Below, in pieces: positions 1-13,313 of a stretch of DNA of 64,000 nucleotides. The position numbers were made by a program, and so were the translations under genes. The stretch lies in assembly GCF_009914755.1 (NCBI RefSeq), contig NC_060936.1. One strand, written 5' to 3'. This DNA comes from the human T2T-CHM13v2.0 reference genome, Homo sapiens. The notes below the pieces were generated by a model. It was not told the origin of the DNA. It made no database searches and saw only the letters and a program-made list of their open reading frames with translations. The number at the start of each line of letters is the position of its first letter. Positions within the stretch are counted from its first letter, which is position 1.

Positions 1-509
1 GCGGGGATCCTATTCTTAATTCTCCTGTAGAAGCTTTCTGGAGCCGAATTCTCCCATGTGTTAGAAATGTCTTTGCAATTTAGGCAACATTTGGATCCTG
101 GAGGCTCAGAAGGAACCAGATGCTTGTAGTTGTCTGTCCATACCTATGTGAAACTTTGAGCATCTCTACTCTGTGTGCAAATGCGAGGGTGAGCTGACAC
201 TGCCTTTAGAATAAAAAAACCAGTGCCACCGACAAAAGCAGACTTCTTACCATGGCCTGGAGAAGCTCAGTCAGCATTTTTGGGCATTGTCTAACTCAGA
301 ACCATGTGCCTACAGACATTTGACAATTTCTATAAAAGGGTGATGGCAGCATAGCTTTTATTAATGTCTTTTATTACCTCTTGGTCTCATTGTCATTGAA
401 TTTTAAACTGTTAACCTTTGTGATTCATATTTAATGAATATTACTATGAACTTGGTGGTCTCACATACTTCTTTTGTGTTTTTTGTAACAATCCTGGGGG
501 GTAGGTCAT

Positions 510-790
510 AATTATTGTAATAGCCAACACACACACATGCACACATAATATTTACTATGTGCCAGGCATAGTTCTAAGCATTTTATTAATTCATATACTC
601 CATATAACACCCCTATGAGGTAGTTCTTAATAATATCATCATTGTCATCCACACTTTTTAGGCAAGGAAATTAAAGTATGGAGGTAAGTAGCTTGTCTAA
701 GATCACAAGCCAGTAAGTGGTAGTACTTGAGTTCAGACCCAGGCAGTCTGGCTCCAGGGTTCATAGTCTAATTATTATACATACTGCCTG
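510..790 (-). mobile_element. MIR SINE
   Basis: Reverse complement of the MIR core (tactatgtgccaggcatagttctaagc ... agacccaggcagtctggctccag). Confidence 0.8.
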
Positions 791-934
791 CAAGTTTTAG
801 ATGAAAAGCCAAGACACAGAGAGTGAGTGAATCATCCAAGTTTCCACTGCTGTTAATAAGAAGAACCATTATTTCAACTCAGGTTTTTGGATTCTTAAGG
901 CTCATATCCTTTCTCACTATTCCATATTTTTTCC

Positions 935-1112
935 ATTGGCTACAGGGTATGACCTTGGACAAGTCACTTGATTTGCTTCATTTTTCACCTATAAAATGGA
1001 GGGTAATAATGCTTACTTCACTTAGTTGTTCTATGGATTAAATATAATTGGATAAAGCCATGTTTAACTCAGTCCCTGGCACATCATAAATGCTCGGTAA
1101 ATATTGACTTAT
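935..1112 (+). mobile_element. MIR SINE
   Basis: tgaccttggacaagtcactt ... cctataaaatggagg ... cctggcacatc..aaatgctcggtaaatattg. Confidence 0.75.
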
Positions 1113-2109
1113 TAACAGATAGATTCCCTAGAAAGGCTCTTTATTCTCAGTACTTGATAAGACTAGACTTACTATGAACATGTTATCCTTGGTAAGTAGA
1201 ATATACATAAAGCAAAGTTGATGGTTTTACATCATTTCTTCCCTAAACCTCAATAACTGTGTTTATATTTGATCAGCTCTAGAACCAAGTGTTGTGTCCA
1301 TGGAAATGCTTCTTGTTGGGGCAAAGAAGTTATTGTGTAGATCCTTAAAAACCCATTCTAGTTAAGTTTCTTTTTAAAAATTTTAGATATTCATGATCCG
1401 TGTCTAATTGCTGTCTTAAAATAGCATGCTTTTATTTCCATATCAAAATTTTAAGGTGAGTTAATGCGAGAACATTGTTTTCTCATTCTAAAATAAGGTC
1501 TGATGACCTGATTTGATCTGTTTTCCTATTGTTTGTTGATGCTTTTATTGACAGAATTAATGAAAATTACAAGGTTAAGTCATAAGGTTCTTTCTTTTTT
1601 CCTCTGAATAAAATTGTGATGACTTTTATTGTCAGACTTTTTAAAGATATGATGGATCATGGTGTAAATATGCCCTAGATAATAGTACTCTGGAAAGTAA
1701 AAGGTCTAGATGGTGAAAGGTAAGAGCCAAGATTATTATGTACTCAACGTGGATAAGATATTTTTGTAATGTAGTTAATTGGAAATGAATCAATAGAGTA
1801 AGAATGTTAGTGTTTTTTGGAGCATGGTGTCCATTACAATGTGTATCTGGGATTACATGCAATATCTTTTGCATATCTAGGCCCATTTCTGTTCACTCCC
1901 ACTACCATTTTCACATCCCAACTCTTACCCGTGCTAGGACATTAACATGTCAAACCTCATCATTTAGATAACATTAGGCTCCCACTCAAATATATTAATT
2001 GATTATCCATTGCCTTCAAGATGACAACCAGGCTACTTAGTCTGACATCAAGGTGTGCCGTCTTTGTGAGCATTTTGCAAGATAATATAAATTGAGATCA
2101 TGAAGATCT

Positions 2110-2515
2110 CCATGATAGAGATCATGGTTCTTGCCCTCAAAACAGAGTTTACCTTTGGAGGGGGAGACAGATAAGCAAAACATCATTCACAGTGCAATAT
2201 GGTGAAGGTGTAATAGAAGTGAGCTGAGGATGCTGGGGAAGTTCACAGAAGGGCACCAACTTTTCCAGCTTACCTCCCACTACTTCTTTATTCAAGTCGT
2301 CTGTGCTAGACTGATTTATTTTTAATTCTCCTAAATATCATGCATATTCCCATCTCTGTAACTTAGATCATATTGGTTTTTTCATGCTTAATCTCATTTT
2401 CTGCTTATTCATTCAACCAACATGTATTGAAAGTACACTGCATGCTGGAAAATGAACTATTCACTCTGGTAAGTGAAGCCGAGAAGCACAGTCCTACCCT
2501 TATGAAGCTGACAGT
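2110..2515 (-). mobile_element. L2 fragments
   Basis: L2 3' end signature (ttcattcaaccaacatgtattg) and cttgccctca...ggggagacagataagc. Confidence 0.55.
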
Positions 2516-2619
2516 GTTGCCTTCTCAGTCTCTCCTGCTGCCTCCAATCCATCTTCTCTGACTACTCAGCCTGTGATTTCTTTCTTCTTATTCTTTTTTT
2601 AAAATTCTTTCTTCTTATT

Positions 2620-2928
2620 CTTTTTTTTTGAGACGGGGGTCTCATTCTGAAGCTTAGGCTGGAGTACGGTGGCATAATCATGGCTCACTGCAGTCTTGAC
2701 CTCCCCGGGCTCAGCTCAGGTAATCCTCCCACCTCAGCCTCCTGAGCAGCAGGAACTACAAGCACATGCCACCAAACCTGGCTGTTTTTTTTTTTTTTTC
2801 GTAGTTTTTGTAGAGATAGGGTTTTGCCATATTGCCCAGGCTGGTCTCGAACTCTTGGGCTCAACTGAGCCACCTACCTTGGCCTCCTAAAGTGCTAAGA
2901 TTACAGGCATAAGCCACTGCACCCAACC
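2620..2928 (-). mobile_element. Alu (AluJ-like)
   Basis: Poly-T, two Alu arms, J-type features (ggctcactgcagtcttgacctcc; aactcttgggctcaa). Confidence 0.92.
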
Positions 2929-4799
2929 AATCTCTTTCTTCTTGAGCTCCAGCAAACTTATATCTGTCACATGTAAGAACTTATATAATTATCAGAGGAT
3001 CAATCAGCACTTAGTGGTTGGTTAATTTATCACGTTGATGCAAATATCATGGAAAAATAATCATTTTAGATTGTTTTAAAACTTGTGCTGTTATTCCTTT
3101 AGTTGAATAATGGTTGGTAATGCCTGAGACTCAGTCTTCTCATCTGTTAAATGAGCAGAATAAATGAGAAATTTAAGTTCTCTTCCAAGTATGCAGTTAT
3201 AGTTTTTTTTCAATCCAAAACTTTGGTATGAATTTAATATACTAGGCTGGATGTGTTTACATTTTATTTCTAATGCTCATGGGTATCTAGAGGAAGAAAA
3301 GGAGTCCAAGGTGGAAAGACAAGAGGGAAGCAGTTGAAGGAGAAAAGAAAAGGAGAAGAAGCAAGAGGAAGCAACCAGGAAGAGGGCTGGGGATGTTCTG
3401 AAATATGGGCAAAGATCTTTCTTTGCAGAAAATATTCCCCATTAAGGGTTTCTTTCTTCCCACTCCCCAGTCAAATCTTGTAAACAATTTCTATTTGTTA
3501 TTAGCCCTTTGTGTAAAATTCTATATTGAAAAGCAATGGCTGGACTGTGCAGTGAAAATTGTATGACTGACCTCCTAATCCTTTCAATATATTTCTTAAA
3601 TAGATGAGTAAAAGAAATTTTTAAAAAAGGCCCAGACTATATCTTTATAAATATATTTTAATAAAGTTCAATGTTAAAACCTCCAAAAACAAACAATATA
3701 CCCCGGATTCTCATGTATTTCTGATATCATAGTCAAAGGGTCATGAATGAACTCCATTTTTTTCCTTGGATATATTGCTTTAGACTGGGTGTACTGGGTA
3801 ACTCACATTATTGTAACAATTACTTTATTGAGTACCTACTGTATGCTGGGCAAAATGTTTATAATAGACAAATGGAAGGTAGTTCCCACTGTCAAAGAGT
3901 TTACAATTATTGGGGGTACCTGTTGGTAGTGAGAAAATTTATAAGACATACATTTCTACATTTATTTTAAATTTATTCATGCTTATATCTGTATGTAGAT
4001 GCATGTACCCACCTAGACATACACAGTTATTCATTTATAACATTCTAGTATGTATATACATACATATACAAGCATGGGAAAAATTTTCTTCTATATGCCT
4101 ATGCAAAAAGGAAACTTTAAACATACAAGAGATTACATCTCTGAGAAAAGTTCCAAAAGTTATACATGATATTGTCTGTGATTCTACATTATTTTGGGTC
4201 ATGACGCCAGCTGAAAGTCTAAGGAAAGCTGTGGAAGCTCTTCTAAGAAAATACCCAATGATGTGAAATTTTAGAAACCTCAGGCATAAGAAAAGGCAGA
4301 CTTTCCTATAGAAAATTTTGAAATTTCAGGATATTGTTCCATCCAACAACTTGACGCCAACTTTTAAACATCAAAATGCCTACAAATGCCAGTTAAAGTA
4401 CAAATGGAAAAACCTATATTCTGCACAGTTCAAAACTCTCTGTAGTGAATTCAAGTGAATGTAAACAGCCAGTGAATTAATCATTCACAGGCTTATTTGA
4501 ATATCATATCATCATCTTTTAAAATTATTAATACATTAATCTTATTTTTCCATATAGCGAATCAGGCGAGCAGTCATGGGTAGACTCTTACAGTTATTGT
4601 TGAAAAGGTTTTTCCTTAGGGGATGGATAACATCCCTTGATGGTGTTTTGGGAAGCTGATCTGCTGGCTATTTTGCTGCCTTCTTTTCCATAAGTTTTCC
4701 TCTATGAGATCTAAGCCCTGGAAGTCAGATTGTTAGTCCTTTTGTTTTTCTAGCAGCAACTGCTTCCTTGAACTGTCATTTCAGTGCCAGCAGTGTAAT

Positions 4800-5075
4800 T
4801 TTGATCTTTGATGTTATGCAAAACATATCAGCCTTTTAAATTGCCTGATCCAAATCTCATTTGCCATGCGTTTTCCACCCTTTGATCCGTCTCTGCATTG
4901 CTGTTTATCAATATCAAAAAGACAGCTGAAAAGTGGGCAAATTCAAAGGTACCCAGCATTGCTTTTGGCCTGGAATCTATAAAATCAAGTCTTTCACAGG
5001 TCTGGTGTGTTTTCTGTAACTGGACAGCATGCATCACAAGAGCACGACTCTCTATTTTGTTTACTGAGTCATGTA
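4800..5075. promoter_or_regulatory. Candidate enhancer (TCF/LEF, OCT-like, FOX-AP1 motif cluster)
   Basis: CTTTGATG 4806, ATGCAAAA 4816, CCTTTGATC 4879, CAGCTG 4923, TTCAAAGG 4942, TGTTTAC-TGAGTCA 5058-5071, in apparently repeat-free DNA. Confidence 0.3.
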
Positions 5076-5249
5076 AAGGATTGAATGAAGTTTGTCTTGA
5101 AAATAATGGGTAACTTTCCCCTCTAACCATAGCACACAGCCACTTAGTCATCCACATGAGATCCTTTTCAAAATATCACTGCATCACTTTCCTTCTTAAC
5201 AATGATGCCAGTTTCAATTTTACATTATATTTTGTGACTATTTAATAGC

Positions 5250-5378
5250 TGTCTTCCCTGTTGTATTGTAAGCACTGCAAGTCAGCAAATACATCTAGCT
5301 GACTCATCTTTCTATCCCTAGTAGCTAACACGGTACCTGGCATATAGTCGGTGATAATTAGTATGTTTTGGATGAATT
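5250..5378 (+). mobile_element. L2 3' end
   Basis: ttgtaagcactgcaag ... acggtacctggcatatag ... tgttttggatgaat. Confidence 0.6.
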
Positions 5379-6104
5379 TAACCTCACCCAAATATTTTGG
5401 GAGTCTCTCCTCTAGAATTGTCTTTGGAGTCAGTTTCCCAGCAATGAAGAGAAAATGGATTTCTCAATTTGCTTTGAAGATCATGAAAGCGTTGTCTCTT
5501 GACAACGCGAAGTTACCTGGCACTGCTGTGCTGATTTTGACCCAGACCCCAGAAAGGGACCTCTGGGCAGGCCGATGGCTGAGGATAAATAAGCTTTGGT
5601 GAAATGCTCATCACACAGGCTGCATTTATCTGGGGTTGCCTACCTGCTGTCATTGCTGGAAAAGCTTTAAGTGGATACAATTAGCTGAGAACTGTAAATA
5701 TGCATTGCTGAAAGTTTAGGACTCAAGTTTTAAGTGAGTTAATAATAACTGAGATGGTTTAACGTGAGTGGATGATGTTAATGGTAATTATGGTGGTGGA
5801 AGGGAGCTAAATTTACAAAGAACTGTAACTGTCTCTTTTATATATTTATGTAATGTTTTAGTTTCTTTTTTACACCAGGGTTATTATTTACTTTAATGAT
5901 TGCAAAAATGTATACAACAAATATTTTAAGTATCATAAGGGAAATGGTTTCCCTGTCAAGAATTACCAATTAAAAAATGTCAAGAATATAGTGTAGAATG
6001 GAATGAATTTGTAATAACATAGATACAGGTACTTAAAATGATTGAGCTGATAATATAATCACCTAGAATTACTTTCTTTTGAAAGTAATACATAAAATTA
6101 TATA

Positions 6105-6305
6105 GTTCAGAGAGGACTCAGAGCCAGGATGCTTTCAGATGTCACTGCTTAACAGCTGTATAACTCTGTGCAAGTTACTGAAATTTATATGCCTCAGTTT
6201 CCTCATCTGTAAAACAAAGATAGTCATAGTTCTTTCCTCATAGAATGCAAAGGACATAAATGGGGCCTTACACACTGTAATGCTACATCATTTTTATTGT
6301 TGTTA
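6105..6305 (+). mobile_element. MIR SINE
   Basis: gcctcagtttcctcatctgtaaaac core. Confidence 0.8.
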
Positions 6306-6629
6306 TTTTATATAATGACAATCTACATACACATTGTGAGAGATTTCAAAATGTTAGTGCCTTATCTATCAGAGCTTGTGGCTCAAATAAACAATTTATA
6401 GTTCAGAAAATAATGACATTTTGCCCTATATTTACAAAGTTTCTCCTTCCTCTCAATAACATTCACCCTTTATTAAGCAGCACTTAAATATATTTGTTTA
6501 ATTGTGGTGTCTGCAAACACTGGGCAAACGGATGGTATAGGGGTTGGCCATATGCTCAGAGGAAAACATGATGATCTGGCGTGAAGATGATGACAGTGAT
6601 GATGACAATGATGATGTTGGAGGTTATGT

Positions 6630-6775
6630 GCCTGCTCTACTACTTGCATACTAGCTGTGTGACCTTGGGCAGATATTCAACCTCTCTGAATCCTCTTTCT
6701 CATCTCTGAGATCAAGATATTCTATACTTCACCTAATAACTGTGGAATGATGTATGTGAAAGTGCTTTATGAACT
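6630..6775 (+). mobile_element. MIR SINE
   Basis: ctagctgtgtgaccttgggcag ... ttctcatctctg. Confidence 0.75.
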
Positions 6776-8489
6776 TTTTTGGATTAGATGGAGTACTCTA
6801 GTTCCATCTCAGGAGCCATGTGCCACTCACTCACATTTCCCTATGCCCTTTCCCCCCGTTTCCTTCTCTTTTCCTGCCCTAACCCTTTCCTCCCTCTCTG
6901 TATTCTCTTTGAAGTTGTTTATTTATTTCAGCACTTAAGGTAAAGGCATGCAGTCATCCATTAGTGTAGTTTGTCCCCAGATTTCTTCCCCACTGGGCCT
7001 GTCACTAGTTTAAGGCACTGAAAGCCAGGGAGGAGAGAAACAGTTTAAAAATTCATTGAAACACAGCTTAAAGCAAGACAACCTACATGACTGTAACTGT
7101 GAAATAATCACAGGAAAGAGAGTAACTTCTTTACCTGCTTGAAGGAATAGTGTTCTCTTTAAGTGAAAGCAATATGCAAAAGCAGATCTCCTAGAGTGAC
7201 ACACACCTGCAATGCTGGCTTTAGTTTCAGCAGTCAGTAAACATTTATCCAACAGTAACACTGGTACCAGGCAGGAAGATCTAAAAGATGAAACTAAGTC
7301 ATTTGCTTTCAGGATCCTATATTCAGGTATAAAACTTAGAGAAACAAATGCATGTTTAGTAGGAAGATATGTTATTAGCATATCAACATACACATACACC
7401 CCAGTAATTATATAAATTTATTGTGTTTGAATAACAAACCAATGGGATACTTTAGAGAGTCTTCTGAGTGCTGTAAACATTGTTTGACTTCTTAAAGTGC
7501 TGGTTTTTTTAGCATGCAGGTACATATTACAAGTAATAATTGAAGTCAAATGCAGAAAAATGTTTAAAAATAGGAAATACAAACTTTGAAAACTTAATGT
7601 AGTTTAAATCGGCACAACTGAGTCATTAGGATTGCTCAGACTGTATTCCCCAAATAGCCCCCTTCACATGTTCTTAAAAAGAAGTTATATAAAATAATGG
7701 CCTTTGCTTTTTTAAGCCTCTAGCTGCACTTACTGTTCAAACATAAAGGCCCTGCATTTTTGGAATAAGTCATCACAAATGAGACACGTATAGCTTAAGG
7801 TCACACACACACTTGCCACACACTTTCAGAATTCTAAAATCCACTAAAGACCTAGAAGCAATGTCTCATCGGATGTTTCCAACTTAAAGGGCCTGTGAGT
7901 TTCATTCCATTGTAAAGCATGAGCCATATTACATGGATCACTAGTTTTGCTTTTTAGTTTATCACATGGCTCGTATTTCTCTCTGCATCTTATGCATCAG
8001 CCTTAGCGACTGAAATGACCTGGGGCCCAAGAAAGCTCAAGATGCCACTTGTGGCTTGTCCCGTGGGTCCCGTGGTTTTGTGAGTTCCCTTTAACAGACT
8101 ATCTTCCTCTTTTCAGTGAATATTTTGGAAATGTTTCATTTAGTAAAGTGAAAATCCTTGTCAGAATCAGCACAGATGAAAATCCGGGCTAAGAGGGCAT
8201 AAAGAAATGCTTTCTGGTCAGGGAAACTGGCTATATAAGAGGCTGTGTTCGTGAAAAGAAGAAATGGTAGAAAACTTCCCTCAAATGGTAATGGGAAATG
8301 GGTCAAGTCCTACAGGTATTGTTTTAATTCACTGCTCCGTGAGAACCACAAACAGCTGGTTAAAGATTGAGCCCACCAACACTGTTAGAAAAGCAACTAT
8401 GGTTGGATTTTCTTTCCTGCTCAGCTGGGCTATTATTATGAAAAATAAGGAGAACCATTAATGCAAAGTTTAGCTACCAAGAAACCCTC

Positions 8490-8523
8490 AGGAGGAGGGA
8501 GGGAGGGAAGGAGGGAAGGGGGG

Positions 8524-8558
<35 letters not shown>
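8490..8558 (+). repeat. Polypurine tract: (GGGA)n, G-run and (GA)n microsatellite
   Basis: ggaggagggagggagggaaggagggaaggggggggg followed by an (AG)n run. Confidence 0.95.
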
Positions 8559-8561
<3 letters not shown>

Positions 8562-8589
8562 CAGTGCCAGCGCCCTCCATGGATCAAAA

Positions 8590-8674
8590 TATAAAGGATA
8601 GAGTAAAAACAGCTACTTCCTAAAATTTTAGCATCACCGAGCTTCTAGTGCCATGTTCTCTTTTCTCCGTGAGT
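8590..8674 (+). promoter_or_regulatory. Candidate TATA promoter plus first micro-exon (ATG at 8653, donor at 8669)
   Basis: TATAAA at 8590; gccATGTTCTCTTTTCTCC|GTGAGT, a near-consensus donor. Confidence 0.3.
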
Positions 8675-10605
8675 GAATTGGCCAGTTATGACACGTTGCT
8701 ATCATTGCCAGTGTTGCCTTTTTCTGGGCCTAGGAATCTAGTCTGGCTTCTCATGTTTTTTGCTTCTTGCCTCTTATTTTCTTTTAGTGTGTATCTGTTT
8801 TATTGCTTGTGAACATTTTCATCAGAGGAGAAAAGAAGGAGATGGAGGTAAAAGTCAAAATTTGTTAATTTTTTTCCTTGTTAGTAGCACTTACAAATGT
8901 TTGAAGGGAAGGAGGTAATAACGATAACTAAAATAAGGCTTTTTTCAATTGTATCTGAAAATTATTTGGCAAACTATTTCCCTATTAGCATGGATAACTG
9001 CAAACTAGCGTATCACTATTAAATAATACATTTAGGTTTAATATTTGAACATAGTTGTCTAAAATCTTATTGCTCTCAGCTTTCTTATAACAAAGCTGTT
9101 GACATTTGTTGTGGAGCCAAGCAGTGATTGGAGGTGGGATGCCAAGCTGTGACTGCATATCAGGCAATGTTTGTTCAACACATTGGGCCAGTATTCCTTG
9201 CCATTCACTGAGAAGGGCTTCCTTACATGAGATTGGCGTGTCCTAGTCATGGTTTTGTGACATCTGAGAGTACTTATCACTTCAAGGGATTATGCAATCC
9301 TGAAAATAGTTTCCAAAAAAATTTAATTTAACCTTATTTTTGTAAATATGACCTATGTCTTATAATACTCCCCCACTTCCTATTTGACAAGGAGAGAAAG
9401 AAGGCTGTCATGATGTGAACTCAATTTTATTTTTTCTTTTACAGAAACCATTTATCGAAGACTTACCATGTACCCTGCATTATATGTACATGAGAGATAC
9501 AGTAACAATCCTAGATACAATCCTAGGAGGAAGTTGGGAACCACAAATTGACAGATTGTTTTTCTGCATAATAGAAGCAAAGTAAAGGGAAATAATATTG
9601 CATTTCTTATACCTGGGCCCACACTCTCGAACTTTTACTTGCTACAAATATTTCAAGGTGACCCCTGAACGGTGCCAGTGGATAGTAAGCTAGACAATAT
9701 CTGATTCCATTGGTTCCAATCAAATATAAATAAAAGTAGATATATGTCATACTTTACATACAAAGATGAGGTGGTTAATTTATCACTAAAAGTGGCTTGG
9801 AGTTAGTAGGGTTCCTGGTTCCTGGGAAAAATACCCTTTATGGCTTAAGCTCCATCAAACAGAAACCATTCTATAAAGCTACTTGCCTTACCTTTGCCAT
9901 TAGATTGCTCTCCAAATTAGTTAAAACTTTTAAGCCTATTTACAAAGCTGTCTGATGCAATCCGATTATGACACAGCTTGAATTTCAGTGCCAATTATAT
10001 GTTTGGGATAAAAAGATGAGATTGGCTTATAACTATATATTTTTGAAAGATAGGTGTGTGATTTGTGCCTGGGAATCCAAGACCTTAAATACCTAACTGG
10101 TCTTGATGAAAGTCAGAGAAATACTAGCTACCCCATAATAGAGGTCTTTCCAGGGCAGCCTGGAGCAGTAGAGCACAGATTCTGAACCTACGACTGCTGT
10201 TGTACCTGCTCAGACTTGCTGAAAGAAGAGCTACTCTTCCTCTGACAAAATGAGGACTGATGGGTTCTTCTCAGTTTCCTTGGAGACCCACAGGGTGCTG
10301 GAGCAACTCCTTCTCCCATTCTACCATGTGCGGGTACTGCTATTGTACTATTAGTCAGGGGGTGAGAAACCTAACCCTTTACCCCCAGCTGCTAAATTTT
10401 TTCTTCTTTCTTCCTAAGTCCGGAGAGGACAAGAGGCAGCCCCAAAGCTTGCTTTTGTTTTGCCTGTACCTTGGGGATCCACACTCTTTCTAAGGCCCGT
10501 TTTTACAGAAAGAGGGATGTGCTTCTGTTCTCACTCTAGAACTCAGATCTACACACGTAGACTTTGAATTGTTTCTCCAGTAGTGGCCATGGGCTATATC
10601 CATAT

Positions 10606-11005
10606 TATTATTGTTTAAATGTGTCACCCGCAGTTCATGTGTTGGAAACCTAATCCCCAACTTAACAGTATTGAGAGGCAGGACACTTAAGAGGTGATTA
10701 AGTCATGAGGGCTCTGCTCTCATGAATGGATGAATGCTGTTATCTTGGGAATGGGTTAATCATCATAGGAATGGGTTCCTGATAAAATAATGAGTTTGAC
10801 CCCCATCTGTCTTGCTCTCTCTCATGCTCTTTCACCATGTGAAGCCTTCCATCATGTTATGACTCAGCAAGAAGGCCCTTGCCAGATGCAGGTGCTTTGA
10901 CCTTGAACTTCTCAGCCTCCAGAACTGTGAGAAATAAATTACTTTTCTTTATAAATTACTCAGTCTGTGGTATTCTATTATGGCAACACAGAATGGACTA
11001 AGACA
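10606..11005 (+). mobile_element. MaLR solo LTR (MST family, MSTC/MSTD-like)
   Basis: ttcatgtgttggaaacctaatcccc ... aataaattacttttctttataaattac ... ggactaagaca. Confidence 0.88.
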
Positions 11006-11129
11006 CATTCACACACACATTTATTTACTTATTTTCCATGTGAACCATAGATTGTATTTACAAGATTGTTGGCTTGGGTTGAGACTTCAATCTTTTGCCA
11101 GTGAACAAAACAAAGCTACCTGGAATATG

Positions 11130-11350
11130 GTTTATAAGGATGAGTACAGGATTTGGAGCCATGCCAGCATAAACTTGAGCTCACCCTCTACCATTTTCCA
11201 GATCTGTGACCCTTGATAGGTTTCTTAATTTGGATCTTGATTTCTCCATAGGTAAAATGGACATAATACTACTCATATTATGAATTTATTTAGAGTACTT
11301 AACACAGCACCTAGCATATAGCAAGTGCTTAATAAATACCAGCTCTAATA
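11130..11350 (+). mobile_element. MIR SINE
   Basis: tttctccataggtaaaatgg ... acacagcacctagcatatagcaagtgcttaataaat. Confidence 0.7.
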
Positions 11351-12680
11351 AACAAATATGCCCAGAAAGTTAGAGGTACCAAACTATAATAAACACTCCA
11401 TGTCTAGGGACATGGTAAGAAAAAGAAAGACTCTAAGCTGGAGAAATACCATATTTTTTGCATTATTTCTAAATAAAATCGTACGAGGCAGCCCTGGAGA
11501 GAGGGCAGAATGGGGAACTGTGGCTGTTAGGATTAGTTGAGAGTTAGGGGTAAGCAAGTTAAGCTCTTACACAGGGCCTGTCATATAAGGCTTACTCCTT
11601 TTTTGAAAATCTGGAAGGACAGTAAGAATGTTTAAATGGATTGGGCTGGAATGTGTGTACATACATGCATGGGTGTATGTGAAGCTAAAATGAATTGTCT
11701 AATATTCTGATTGCTTTACATATTTTAATACATCCAACCTTCATTTAAAGAAGAAGAACAACAAAAAGACCTTTTCAACATTAACATCCTCAAAGAGAGG
11801 GAGCTGGGATACAAATCCATAATGGTAGGGACTTGAGCTCACATAAGCCCTGTGTTATGTGGCTTCTTGCCCCAGTGTTTTGCCTTAGTAACTTGGAAGC
11901 TTCCAAACTCTATTTGTCAGCTGGGCCCTACTTACCCAGCAAAATGAATACCAAGCTGAGAATTTGGCCTGCACTTCAGTTATGCAAATTCAGAGGACAC
12001 AAATGACCCATCCATGCCATGCAACTCTACTAGGGCCCTTGGTTGCTTTTGCTCTGGAAGCCAGTGACATCATTTGCTAGACATACTGCATAACATGGGA
12101 AGACCTCAAACACAAAGCAAGTTACAGACCTATTTTCTGCCTGGGAGATGCACAGGGGCCCCTCCTCCCTCACTCATATTTTTATCAGCTGGTGGAAGCT
12201 GCATTCATTTTCTCCACAGATGAATAAAATCTATTGAATCTCAACTCCTGTGTGTTTTATATGGAAATAACTGAGGTACTCGGCTTTCTTTGAAAAGTTT
12301 CTGGTTGCGGTATCTACAATCTCTTCTCTTTCAATTACTGAATAGCCTATGTCTGACCTGTATTTTTTCTCAAAACCAAGCCCTGTTTGCCAGCTTCCAT
12401 TTATGCAAAAAATGCACCAATACTCCAATTTCAGTTGGGGGAAAAAAGGTAGATGGGCACAGCTATTCATGAAACAAACATTTTTATTTCATTTTTAGCA
12501 TGCACCTTGGTGCTACAGTTTAGTAACAAGAAGTCTCACTGTGAAAATAATGATCTTATGTGAAGGAAAATGTTATTAGTTGACCATGTTGCAGCTAAAT
12601 TCCTGTGGTGCATTTTTCATTGAGAGAAGACTCTGAAGTCAAACCCTGGCCCGCTATGTACCAGTACATGACTTTGGGTG

Positions 12681-13313
12681 TGTAGGGGCAGAAAGGTATG
12701 ATACCTTTTCTCACCCATCGTAAGGGTCCACGTCCACAGCTGACACTTTTATAATGAAAGACTGGTTAGCAAGAGAAAAGCATAACAGATTTATTTAATC
12801 AAAGTTTTATGTAACACAGGAGGCTTCAGAAATAAAGACCCAAAGACTCGGAGGAAAAATTATTTATTTTTATGTTTTGGTTTGATGAAGAATGGGCAGC
12901 CATGTAGAAATGTGATTGGACAAAAAGGTATGATCTAATAGATCATAGCTGAACGAGGAAACCCAGCAAGGCCTGTCTGTTCAGATTCTTCTGGGCCTCT
13001 GTATAACATTCTTCCCTCCCAGGTATGGGACAGGACCCCCATGGCATAAGGGTCTTCAAAAGAGAAGAGATAGGGGAGAGAGTGACCTTTCTAGGTTTAA
13101 TGGCTTGCTTTGGGAGAGAGAGGTTCTAGTTTCTATGATACACCATGTGGAAGAGGAATTCTGCATTCTGTGACTCACATCAGGGGAGAAAAAGGGGTGG
13201 GTGATAGGAGGGCAAGAGAAACTGCTTCCGAGGTCCTTCTAATGTCCTTCAGTTCAAAGTACTCTGCACGCCAAGGTGCCATGTTTTGGGATATTGCTTG
13301 CTGAGTCCCAACA
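12681..13313 (-). mobile_element. ERV1 solo LTR (MER39/MER34-like) inserted in a MIR
   Basis: TG...CA termini; minus strand starts tgttgggactcagcaagcaatatcccaaaacatggc; 4-bp TSD GGTG (12677-12680 and 13314-13317); MIR halves on both sides. Confidence 0.8.

Noticed and set aside
9425-9480. Polypyrimidine/AG acceptor (ttttacag at about 9445) as exon 2 of the candidate transcript
   Set aside because: The following sequence looks L2-derived and no convincing donor or reading frame follows
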